Below are positions 39,716-49,439 of a stretch of 64,000 nucleotides of DNA, piece by piece. Position 1 is the stretch's first letter. Every line of letters starts with the position of its first letter. The notes under the pieces were generated by a model that saw only the letters and a list, made by a program, of their open reading frames with translations, was not told where the DNA came from and did no database searches. The DNA is from Candidatus Latescibacterota bacterium (GTDB lineage: Bacteria; Latescibacterota; UBA2968), in the NCBI GenBank assembly GCA_965222605.1, contig OZ244960.1, positions 2,272,001 through 2,336,000 on the forward strand. The letters are read 5' to 3'. The translations under genes and the position numbers were made by a program.

Positions 39716-40972
39716 ATGAAACGATCGATATTCTTTCTTGCCGTGATGTTACCCCTCTGCCTGTGTGCTGACACCCATGCGCCCTTGCCGCTCGATACGT
39801 GGGAACTGGTGGAAAACAGTCTGAGGTTCAACGTTCAAACCATAATACTCTACCAGGGAGAAGAAGGGGATGAACCCATTCCCGCAACCCCCTCCGTCAC
39901 CCTTGAGCTATACCAGGGCAACTTCTACAAGCTATCCCTCATCTCCCGGGCAGATGAAGATTACACGTTTCCCCATTTCCTGCCGGGGCCGCCCGTTCAC
40001 GTTCCCTCCCCGTCAACGAGAGCTACCGCCGGGTTCGGCTATTACACCATTCAATCCGATACCCTGCGGTTCAATGCCCATTATGTACGACTGATCGCAG
40101 ACGGCGTGGACCTGGAAGAAATCGTAAAGCAGTCCAATGACACGAGAGCACTCAACGAATACAGGATCGTTCTTTCCTTCGTAAACGCTATCTTCCTCGA
40201 CCTCTTCAACGACCTCTACGCTTACCGGTCCGGCGACAGGCTGGTCTTCCTGCTGCCCCGTGACAGCAATTTTTCCGCCGCACCGGGGGATTACGAGGAA
40301 GAAATCGTCTGGGAGCTGCAGAGATCCGGAGGACCGCCGCCGTCGTCCATGACGGCCGTACATGCCACGGTACTCGGTGAGGAGGTAGAAGGCCTGACGG
40401 TGGCGTTCGCGCGGTCGATCGCCGGGCGTCCCCTCCATTATGTCTGGAGCGGGGTCACCGACGAGGCCGGCCGGATGGATCTGGACATTGTCACCCTGGA
40501 CCGGTCGGGAGTCACCGGCTACTACCAGGCCCGCGCCCGCAACGGTGCGGGTGCGATCGTGGGCCAATGGCACAGTATTCCCCTCAATCAAGACCGTCGC
40601 CAGATTCTGGAGTTAACGCCCGGAGAACGCGCGCGGGTGGTGGCAAGCCACTGGCTGAGCGCGTCAAAGGTCGTTGCGCCTGAGGGCGAGCAGCCCCCCG
40701 CCGGCCTGGCACCCAACTTTCCCAACCCCTTCAACGGCAGCACGCTGATAGTCTACCGGCTTGCAGACCCCGGACCGGTGCGGCTGGAGATCTTCAATTC
40801 CCTGGGTCAGCACCTGCGGACGCTCGTGGACGACGTACAGGCCGCGGGCCGTTACCGGGTCCAGTGGGATGCCCGCGACCAGCGTGGCGCCGAGGTGGCG
40901 GCGGGGGTCTATCTGATGCGCCTGGTCCATCCGGAAGGCGTGGACGCCCGGCGCATGCTGTTTCTCAAATAG
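39716..40972 (+). CDS. Secreted protein with C-terminal FlgD-Ig/T9SS-like domain
   Basis: Signal peptide MKRSIFFLAVM; LAPNFPNPFN...LEIFNSLGQHLRTL...WDARD...GVY...RMLFLK. Confidence 0.8.
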   Translation: MKRSIFFLAVMLPLCLCADTHAPLPLDTWELVENSLRFNVQTIILYQGEEGDEPIPATPSVTLELYQGNFYKLSLISRADEDYTFPHFLPGPPVHVPSPSTRATAGFGYYTIQSDTLRFNAHYVRLIADGVDLEEIVKQSNDTRALNEYRIVLSFVNAIFLDLFNDLYAYRSGDRLVFLLPRDSNFSAAPGDYEEEIVWELQRSGGPPPSSMTAVHATVLGEEVEGLTVAFARSIAGRPLHYVWSGVTDEAGRMDLDIVTLDRSGVTGYYQARARNGAGAIVGQWHSIPLNQDRRQILELTPGERARVVASHWLSASKVVAPEGEQPPAGLAPNFPNPFNGSTLIVYRLADPGPVRLEIFNSLGQHLRTLVDDVQAAGRYRVQWDARDQRGAEVAAGVYLMRLVHPEGVDARRMLFLK

Positions 40973-41047
40973 TGCTCCTGAACGGGTTTCTCGTGCAGGC
41001 ATGAAACGCTCAGTTGCATCACCCGACCACGCAAAGGAGGAATTGCA

Positions 41048-41818
41048 ATGAAATACGTGCTGTCTTTTTGGATCGTCGCGTTCATGGGTCTGGCATCTAC
41101 CGTTGCGGCGGAACAGCAATCGTTTGAGGGACAGGTCGTGAATGGGAAGTCCCTTCCAATCCATCGGGCGCGGGTCGCGCTTTACAGGCTCGACAATCCG
41201 CGCGCCCGGGTGACGACCATCACGGACGAAAACGGCGCCTTCTCGCTGCCCCTGGGAGACCTCGCGCGACCCAACGCGCTGCGGCAGAATCATCCCAATC
41301 CGTTCAATCCCTCCACCCTCATACCCTTCGAGATCTCGGAGGGAGGACACGTTCGCCTGGATATTTACAACATTCTGGGCCAGCGCGTGGTCACGCTGAT
41401 CGACGAAGAGCACCCGGCCGGGTTTTACAGGGTGCGGTGGGACGGCACGGATGCAGTCGGTCGGGGCGTGAGCGCGGGGGTCTATATCTACCGCCTCAGC
41501 ACTGCGAACTGGCGCGACGCGCGGAAATTGATGCTGCTCGACGGCGCATCGGGACGTCCGGGCGGCGGAGCCGTGAATTTCAGCGAAGAAAAGGCTCACA
41601 CGTTCGGCGTGAGGATCACCGGCGAGGGAATAATGCCTGAAACCTTCACCTGGCGCCCCGGCATGGGGTCCTTGGTGGCGGAAGTGAGACGTATAGAAGA
41701 CGTCCTTCCGCCCGAGATGGAGCACCCCGAAACAGCGGCCAATCCCTTCTCGGGGACCAGCCTCGCCTCGATTATCCAGACTGTTTCCGCGTACGGAATC
41801 GACATCGGGCGGGATTGA
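41048..41818 (+). CDS. Secreted protein with carboxypeptidase-regulatory-like and internal FlgD-Ig domains, possibly 3'-truncated
   Basis: AGGAGG RBS; signal peptide; QNHPNPFNPST...WDGTD...GVYIYRL. Confidence 0.75.
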   Translation: MKYVLSFWIVAFMGLASTVAAEQQSFEGQVVNGKSLPIHRARVALYRLDNPRARVTTITDENGAFSLPLGDLARPNALRQNHPNPFNPSTLIPFEISEGGHVRLDIYNILGQRVVTLIDEEHPAGFYRVRWDGTDAVGRGVSAGVYIYRLSTANWRDARKLMLLDGASGRPGGGAVNFSEEKAHTFGVRITGEGIMPETFTWRPGMGSLVAEVRRIEDVLPPEMEHPETAANPFSGTSLASIIQTVSAYGIDIGRD

Positions 41819-41851
41819 GCCAGCCACACCCATCCTTAAAGGAGACGTTCC

Positions 41852-42356
41852 ATGAGCTTGAAATCGGCCGGCCACCGACCCCTCGTCGCGGCCCTCTGCG
41901 GCGTCCTCTTCGCGGCCTCGCTCGTCATCGTGCCGCTGGCCTCCGCGCAAGACGTGACCATCTGGTCCGCCGACCTGGATGTGAAAGCCCTCAATGTCGC
42001 CCAGGACGAACTCGGTTGTTCCGAAAGTGGCCCCTTTAATGGGCAGTGCGCCAACTCCAATGTTCTATCAGACGACGACTTCAAGTTGCACGGCACGACG
42101 TACACAATCAAGAGGATCGAAGACGACGGCGACGATCTGGTACTGACTCTGGATAAGCTCCTTCCCTCGAACGTGCTCAAGATCCTGACCCTGCACGTGG
42201 ACGATGATACCGAACTGGACTTCGATGACGCCAGCGTCAGCTCCAGCAACAAGCGTTACACCTGGGATTCCAGCCCCTCCTGGTCTTCGGGCGACGACGT
42301 GGACCTCAAGATCACGGACGCCAGCGGGCCGTCCCTGGTGAAGAACACCTCCCTAA
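41852..42356 (+). pseudogene. 5' part of a surface-protein gene split by IS1380
   Basis: Signal peptide (ASA/Q); frame continues in phase at 44068 once the IS and one CTAA are removed. Confidence 0.88.
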
Positions 42357-44063
42357 CCCGAAAAATTCATAAAAAAGGTAGTTTCCCTATTCAAGTTATT
42401 GTATTATATTAGGTTATACGCATAACCATTGAACAATGAACTTGGGAGAAACTACCGTGAGCACACAAGATAATCATTGCAAGGTTCCTTTGGCAAGCAT
42501 TTTCGGCAAACGTCTCAACCTCGCCTTTGATGGGGGTATTCTCACCAGCGATAGCGGAGCCTTATTGCTTCGAGAAGTGGAGGCCAAAACGGGTATTTTA
42601 TCACGTTTGAGTCGCGCGATTAAAGACCATCGGCATCAAAGTTATGTGGCGCATAGCACGGCAGAGTTGATCAAACAGCGCGTGTTTCAAATTGCCTGTG
42701 GGTATGAAGATGCCAATGATTGCAATGCCTTACGCAGCGATCCCGGCTTCAAGGTTGCCTGTGATCGCTTGCCCATAAGTGGTGAGAACTTGGCCAGTCA
42801 ACCCACGATGAGTCGGTTTGAGAATCAGATGAGCAGAAGCGATTTGTATCGCGTTGCTCGTGCCTTTGTCGATTGTTTTATTGCTTCGTATAAAAAGCCG
42901 CCTTCGTCGATCATCTTAGATATTGATGATACGCAGGATAGGGTTTATGGGACGCAGCAGTTGTCCTTATTCAATGGGTATTTGGGTGCCTACTCCTACC
43001 AGCCTTTGCATATTTATGAAGGGCAATCGGGCAAGCTAATCACGACGATTTTACGTCCGGGTGTGCGTCCTGATGGCAAACAGATTGTCACCATTCTCAA
43101 GCGGTTAGTCGCTTATATTCGTCAGGCTTGGCCAAAGGTGGCACTCTTTTTGCGAGGCGATGCCCACTTCTCAAGTCCAGAAGTCCAGGACTTTTGTGCG
43201 ACAAAGGACCTCTTTTTTATCCTCGGACAAAGTGCCAATACCCGACTCTTAGCCCTTTCAAAGCCCCTGATGGATCAGACCAAAAGCCTTTATGCACAAA
43301 CCGGCAAGCCCGTGCGACTTTTTACCTCATTTTATTACCAAGCCCAGACTTGGGCCTGTGCCAGACGCATCTTATGCAAAGCTGAAATCACCACCCGAGG
43401 CCAAAACACACGCTTTGTCGTGACCAACCTTGAAAGTTCAAGGGCCTCCTTTATCTACCAAAATATCTATTGTGCGCGCGGACAGATGGAAAACTTCATT
43501 AAAAATCACAAAACCTTTCTCCACTCAGACCGCACGTCCTGTCACGCTTTTGGAGCCAATCAGTTCCGCCTCTTCCTCCATTCGGCTGCCTATGTCTTGT
43601 TGCACACCTTAGCGCACATCGGATTACAAGGCACAACGTGGATAAACGCACAGGTCAATACCCTCCAAAATCGTTTCCTTAAAGTCGCCGGACGCGTCTG
43701 TGAGTTGAAAACAAAGATCACCTTCCATCTGCCTATGTCATTTCCATTGCCACACCTTTTTGATAAAATCCTGTGCAATCTGGCAAAGGCGGTGCCATAA
43801 CCCATCAACGGGGAAGGAATAGGGGTCTGTCCCATCACTTGCTGACTTTACAAATACACGGACTTATCCACAGACAGGACTGGCAAGGGACCGGTCTGTA
43901 CTTTTGACACTGGCAGAGCCTGTCAGGGGACGATTTGGGCTGCTTGAACTCTATGAAGACGCCTATGACGGCAGACAAGATAGAAAGCACCCTCATTTTG
44001 ATGCTTGGAACCGATGCCGCCTGACAAACAACCCCAACCATTACAGTTCATGAATTAGTCGGG
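42357..44063 (+). mobile_element. IS1380-family insertion sequence (1707 bp)
   Basis: IRL CCCGAAAAATTCATAAA, IRR (revcomp) CCCGACTAATTCATGAA; 4-bp target duplication CTAA at 42353-42356 and 44064-44067. Confidence 0.93.
42436..43800 (+). CDS. IS1380 family DDE transposase
   Basis: FDGGILTSDSG, GYEDAND, LASQPTMSRFEN, ILDID, LRGDAHF, YCARGQMENFIK. Confidence 0.95.
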   Translation: MNLGETTVSTQDNHCKVPLASIFGKRLNLAFDGGILTSDSGALLLREVEAKTGILSRLSRAIKDHRHQSYVAHSTAELIKQRVFQIACGYEDANDCNALRSDPGFKVACDRLPISGENLASQPTMSRFENQMSRSDLYRVARAFVDCFIASYKKPPSSIILDIDDTQDRVYGTQQLSLFNGYLGAYSYQPLHIYEGQSGKLITTILRPGVRPDGKQIVTILKRLVAYIRQAWPKVALFLRGDAHFSSPEVQDFCATKDLFFILGQSANTRLLALSKPLMDQTKSLYAQTGKPVRLFTSFYYQAQTWACARRILCKAEITTRGQNTRFVVTNLESSRASFIYQNIYCARGQMENFIKNHKTFLHSDRTSCHAFGANQFRLFLHSAAYVLLHTLAHIGLQGTTWINAQVNTLQNRFLKVAGRVCELKTKITFHLPMSFPLPHLFDKILCNLAKAVP

Positions 44064-44067
44064 CTAA

Positions 44068-47000
44068 GTGGCAACGACAGGAACCTTTCCGAGGACGGTT
44101 ATCGCAATGCGCAAGCATTCACAACCGGCACCTGGGCGCGGGTCACATCGATCGGAATCGGGATTGGAGATGAAGTCGATGACGACTTCGAGGTCACGTT
44201 GCACGAGGAGCGCGAGGACGGGGAAGACTATCCTGGCGACAGACTGAAAACTCTGGAGCACCCCTCGAGCATCACGCCGAATTCGGTCAATGTGTTCACC
44301 GTTCCCGATGGCGGCATCGTGCTGGAGGGATCGAAAACGTACTTCGTGCAGGTCAAAACGACATCGAGCGACAGGGTAGCCGTTTCCGTAACCGATACCG
44401 ATTCCGACGGCAACGACGAAGACGCCGGGGGCGCTAAGAATTGGACCATCGATAATGGTTCGTGGATAAACAGTCCTTTGGCCGGTAGTTGGCAAGGCAG
44501 TAATCAGTCGACGCGAATCGACATCAAGGGGCAGGTGCTCCTGGCCACGCCCGGGAACGTGACCGCGCGGGCCGTGGCGCCGATGCGGGTCACGCTCGAA
44601 TGGGACAGGACCTTGCCGTCTCTAACAGGCCCAATCGATCGCGACGACGGCTACAGGATCGAATGGTCCCCCGACGGCAGCACGTCGTGGACATCGCTGG
44701 TCAACTACACGAACCAGCACGGGACGTTCGAAATCTGGTGCGTGTGCTACCCCACGAAATACAACGACGACACCATCACGCCCGGCACCACGCGCTACTA
44801 CCGGATCAAGGCCGTTGACGACGACGAGGAGAGCGCCTGGTCCGAGGTGGTCAGCGCCACGACGCCGGGGCTGGTGGACTCCGAGGAACTGGTGGGTTCC
44901 GACGGAGGACAGATCGAGTTTGGCGCGGTGGTTTCGGAACTCGACGCGCTCAACGATCAGAAGGTGTTCCGAGTCGATCTGAAGGCGAGCGAGCAATACC
45001 GGTTCATGATCCGCGGGAAGGCGCCGAAGCACCGGGTGATCGTGACCGATCCGGGCGGCACGGAGATCGAGAACTTCGTGCTGGAATCGGGCAACGGTCT
45101 CAAACCGAGAATCACGGCGCAGAGCGCAGGCGAACACCAGGTCAAGATCTCGCATGGCGGGGGTTTCAGCACCTGGAGCGGGGGCCTGAACGCGGGATGG
45201 TTCCAGTTCCAGCTCGTGCCGGTGAGCGACCCGGCGGTGGGTACGCTGCGTCTGCCAACCCCTTCCGCCTTAAGTGCGGTACTGAACACCTACGGCGACG
45301 TTGACCGGGCCGAAATCGCAGTGCAGCCGGGCAAGGCGTATGGCGTCCGGGTCCGGGGCCGCGAGACGAATAACGTCACGGCCGCGACGCCGCGGATCAA
45401 GCGCGCAAATCCGCCGTCGAAGTACACCGATCACCACATGGGCAAGCCGTGGGTGGACGGCGTGACCAAGTCGGAGATCTGCGCAGAACACGGCCAGTCG
45501 AGCAGAGACTGCGAAGAATTCCAGGCCTTCGTCATCGACCTGCGTGGACTTACCGGGGCGGAGCAGACGTTTCAGATCTACGTCGCTCCGACGGCGCGCC
45601 CCGACACGCGGCCGTACCGTGTGGGCACCTACAGGGTTGAACTCAAGGAGCTTTTGCCCAGTCAACTGCAGGGCGTGCGGATGCCGCTGCGGGCGTGGTT
45701 CGCGTCGCCGCCAGATCAGCACGACGGGTCGAAGGCGATCAAGGTCCGGGTGGCGTTCAGCGAGGCGCCTGAGAACGTGGGCGCGGACGGCGTGGAAGTC
45801 GAGGGCGGCGAAGTGACGTCGGTGCGCCCCGTAGGCGGCAATGCGCCGGGCGGCGCAGGGAAACGCTCGGTGGGCGGCCAGGACGGGGAGGTCGTGTGGG
45901 AGATCGAGATCGAGCCGGACTCGGACGGTGACGTGACGGTGTCGCTGGCGGCGTGGCGCCCGTGCGACGAGACGGGCGCGATCTGCACGGCGGACGGGCG
46001 GTCGCTGTCGCAGGACATCTCGACGACGGTGCGGGGTCTGGACGAGGGTCCGGCGGAGCTGACGGCGTCGTTCGAGGGCGTGCCGTCGGAGCATGACGGG
46101 CAGACGGCGTTCACGCTCAGGATGGCGTTCAGCGAGCCGCTCAGCAGGATGAACGGCCAGCGGTTGCGGGAGGACGTCGTGGCGGTGACCGGGGGCCGGG
46201 CGACGAAGGCCAGCCGGGTGAACAGGCGCAGGGATCTGTGGCAGCTAACGGTCGAGCCGGACTCGGACGGTGACGTGACGGTGACGCTCGCGGCCGGGGC
46301 GGCGTGCGGCACCCCGGCCGCGATCTGCACGGCTGACGGACGGCCGTTGTCGGTGAGCATCTCGACGGCGGTGCGGGGTCCGGCGGCAGATGAGCAAGAG
46401 TCGCCCGGAACCGGCCAGGATCAGGATCTCGGGCAGAGCGTCTCGGAGGGCGACACAGACCTGCCCAACGACAATTCCACCCCCGGACGGGTCGCAGTTG
46501 GTGGCTCGGTCACGGGCACCATCGGGATCCCTAAGGATCAGGACAGGTTCGCCGTCGATCTCCAAGCGGGGCGCACCTACCAGTTCGACCTGACGGGCAG
46601 CCCGGGCGGGGGCGACACGCTTCGCGACACCTATTTCCGGGCGATCTACAACAGCGAGGGACGCTACCAGTCCGGCAGCTACAACGACGACTTCGGGGGC
46701 AGCCGTGATAGCCGCGTGACGTTCACGCCAACGCAGAGCGGGACCTATTACGCGCGGGTATCGGGCGACCGGAACGAGACGGGGACCTACACGTTGTCGG
46801 TGACCGACATCACAGGCCCGGCGTCCAAGCCGACGGTCGCGTCCGAGCCGCCGGGCCTGGCGCCCAACGCGCCCAACCCCTTCAACCCCAGCACCGTCAT
46901 CTCCTATCGCCTGAACGCAGACGGACCGGTGCGCCTGGAGATCTACAACCTCCTCGGGCAGCGCATACGCACCCTGGTGGACGAGGTGCAGGCCGCCGGT

Positions 47001-47123
47001 GCCTACCGGGTGCAGTGGGACGCCCGCGACGCAGCGGGGCGGCACGTGTCCACGGGAATTTACTTCACGCGCCTGCACTATCCCGGCGGCGTACACACCC
47101 GGCGCATACTCTTCCTCAAGTAG
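44068..47123 (+). pseudogene. 3' part of the IS-split surface protein (FN3, duplicated Cys-containing module, PPC-like, FlgD-Ig/T9SS-like C-terminus)
   Basis: ATPGNVTA...W...YRIEW...YYRIKA FN3 pattern; two HDG...AFSE...EPDSDGDVTV...AICTADGR modules; PNAPNPFN...RILFLK end. Confidence 0.85.
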
Positions 47124-47164
47124 AGCCTGCCTACTTGCAAAGCGTCCGATACCTCACGGCTCAC

Positions 47165-48447
47165 CTAACAGCCCGTGAAGCCCACATGCTTTAGCTGTGG
47201 GAGTGTAAGTGGCTCTCCCGTTATAGCTTTAGCGTATAACAAGGCTGGAAAACCACCTTGATGACCGAAAATATATTGAGTATATTTCTCAACATGAAAC
47301 TGACACTTCAAATACAACTGTTACCGGACGCCAATACAGGCGAGAAGCTAAAAGCTACTGTTGAGCGGTTCAACGAAGCTGCCAATTGGCTTGCTCCGAA
47401 GGCTTATGAGCGCAAGCTGGCGAATAAGTTTGCACTACAAAAGCTATACTACAAGGACTTGCGTAGCCAATTCGGATTGTCCGCACAAATGACTATTCGC
47501 TGTATTGCTCAAGTCGTTGAAGCATACAAGCGGGACAAAAAGGGGCAGCCGTCGTTCCGTCGCCATGCTGCTATGCCCTACGATCAGCGACTGTATAGCT
47601 TTAAGGGCATAGACAAAGTATCTCTGCTTACCCTTGAAGGCCGCGTGTTTGTGCCAATGTTGATGGGCAACTATCAGCGTGAGCAGTTCGGCTATGCCAA
47701 AGGACAGGCAGACCTTGTGTTGCGTAAAGACGGAAAGTGGTTCTTGCTTGTCTCTGTAAATGTCCCTGATGGCACACCAATACCCACGACTGACTTTATT
47801 GGCGTTGATCTCGGTACAACAAACCTTGCAGTGACAGACGATGGTGAAACATTCTCCGGCGACACTGTTGAAAATGTCCGACAGAAGATGCACGATCTGA
47901 AAAAGTCGCTCCAGCAGAAAGCGTCTGCCCTTGTCAAGCAAGGCAAGAGACCCAAGAATGTCCGTAGAAAACTCTCTGTTATCTCTGGCAGAGAGAGTAG
48001 GTTTCGCAGAAATACCAACCATATCATTTCCAAACGCATCGTTGAGAAGGCTAAAGACACTGGCAAGGCCATTGCCCTTGAAGACTTGAAAGGCATACGC
48101 AAGAGCCAGAAACGGTTTCGCAAGCCTCAGCGTGCTAAAATGTCTGGGTGGTCTTTCTTCCAACTCCGCATATTCGTCGAATACAAGGCAAAGCGTGCTG
48201 GTATCCACATAGAACCTGTGGATCCGAAATACACCAGCCAAACTTGTGCCGAGTGTGGACATTGTGAGAAAGGCAATAGACATACCCAGGCATCCTTCCT
48301 GTGCAAACAGTGTGGTCATAAAGACCATGCTGACCGCAACGCCGCTCGGAATATCCGAGCAAGGGCTTTGTGTCAACAAGCCTAAAGTTGCCGAGTGCAT
48401 TTATGCACGAGCGACAAGCCCAACTGCTTCAGCGTTGGGTAGTTGAC
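47165..48447 (+). mobile_element. IS200/IS605-family element carrying tnpB only (IS1341-like)
   Basis: LE hairpin GAAG-CCCACA...TGTGGG (47177-47201) preceded by TCAC at 47161-47164; RE hairpin CAAG-CCCAAC...GTTGGG followed by TAGTTGAC ending at 48447. Confidence 0.82.
47294..48385 (+). CDS. tnpB: RNA-guided endonuclease TnpB
   Basis: RuvC residues GVDLG, ALEDL, ADRNAA; zinc finger TSQTCAECG...CKQCG. Confidence 0.93.
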   Translation: MKLTLQIQLLPDANTGEKLKATVERFNEAANWLAPKAYERKLANKFALQKLYYKDLRSQFGLSAQMTIRCIAQVVEAYKRDKKGQPSFRRHAAMPYDQRLYSFKGIDKVSLLTLEGRVFVPMLMGNYQREQFGYAKGQADLVLRKDGKWFLLVSVNVPDGTPIPTTDFIGVDLGTTNLAVTDDGETFSGDTVENVRQKMHDLKKSLQQKASALVKQGKRPKNVRRKLSVISGRESRFRRNTNHIISKRIVEKAKDTGKAIALEDLKGIRKSQKRFRKPQRAKMSGWSFFQLRIFVEYKAKRAGIHIEPVDPKYTSQTCAECGHCEKGNRHTQASFLCKQCGHKDHADRNAARNIRARALCQQA

Positions 48448-48477
48448 TTTTTTTATGCGCTGAAACGCGCGGCTCTG

Positions 48478-48530
48478 GTCCCCCGCCCCGGTTCCATCTC
48501 CTGATTCTACTCCACGCACAAAAATTCCTT
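48478..48530. repeat. Direct repeat, copy B (right of the surface-protein island)
   Basis: GTCCCCCGCCCCGGTTCCATCTCCTGATTCTACTCCACGCACAAAAATTCCTT. Confidence 0.92.
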
Positions 48531-48587
48531 CATTTCTGAAAAATAGTGATTATATTCTGCGACTGACTATTGACCCGGAGGTGGATT

Positions 48588-49439
48588 ATGTCAAAAAATT
48601 GGTTACGCGTTGCCGCATGTCAGATGCATGCCGATGAAAACATCGAAAAAAACACATGTGGAATTATCGACCGCCTGAACACCTGTGCGAGTGAAAAAGT
48701 GGATATAGCCGCATTTCACGAAGGAATTTTATACGGCTATAGCAACTGCCCCGATTTTTGGTCAAACCTGGATCAAACGCGCATTGAAAAAGCCGAACGG
48801 CAAATTATACAGGTATGCCGTGAAAAAGGCATTGCCGCAATCGTCGGCTCAACCCATCTCGAAGATGGACAACGCTACAACAGCTTACTCGTCATAGATC
48901 GAGATGGCACCGTGCGGGGACGATATGGCAAAATACATCTGGCGGGAGAACAATGGTGTGAACCCGCGCAACACCTGCCCATTTACGAGTTGTGTGGCAT
49001 CCCCTGTTGTTTTCTAATCTGTCACGATATTCGATATCCCGAACTCGTGAGATTGCCCGCCGCGGCAGGTGCAAAAATCTGCTTCTTCTCCAGTTGTGAA
49101 AGCTCTGTCACCTCAGAGCACAAATTGTCGGCCTATCGCGCCATGCCCATCAGCCGCGCAACCGAAAATGATATTTACGTCGTCATGGCAAACGCCCCCG
49201 CCGACCCCTCAGATATCAACCGCGCGGGGTCTTCCCACGGGGAATCAAAAATCATCCACCCAAATGGCAACGTCATGGCCGAAGCCGGCATATTCACGGA
49301 TGAAATTATAATCCGCAAATTAGATCTCCATCAGGCATCGCGAAACATCGCATTGCGAGCCGTGAATGACATAACGCGCTTGCGCGAATGGATGAAAGAC
49401 GGCGTGAAGTTAGTAGATTGTGAAAAGGAGCATGTATGA
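48588..49439 (+). CDS. Carbon-nitrogen hydrolase (nitrilase superfamily)
   Basis: E-K-C triad: FHEG, YGKIHL, ICHDIRYPE; ATG 48588 after GGAGG. Confidence 0.9.
   Translation: MSKNWLRVAACQMHADENIEKNTCGIIDRLNTCASEKVDIAAFHEGILYGYSNCPDFWSNLDQTRIEKAERQIIQVCREKGIAAIVGSTHLEDGQRYNSLLVIDRDGTVRGRYGKIHLAGEQWCEPAQHLPIYELCGIPCCFLICHDIRYPELVRLPAAAGAKICFFSSCESSVTSEHKLSAYRAMPISRATENDIYVVMANAPADPSDINRAGSSHGESKIIHPNGNVMAEAGIFTDEIIIRKLDLHQASRNIALRAVNDITRLREWMKDGVKLVDCEKEHV

Noticed and set aside
41816-41818. TGA as a second selenocysteine codon
   Set aside because: Not in a Cys-type motif, and a TAA follows six codons later
34844-48530. Integron attC sites or a diversity-generating retroelement as the explanation of the repeats
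   Set aside because: No RYYYAAC...GTTRRRY palindromes, no integrase, no reverse transcriptase and no adenine-specific TR/VR pair seen
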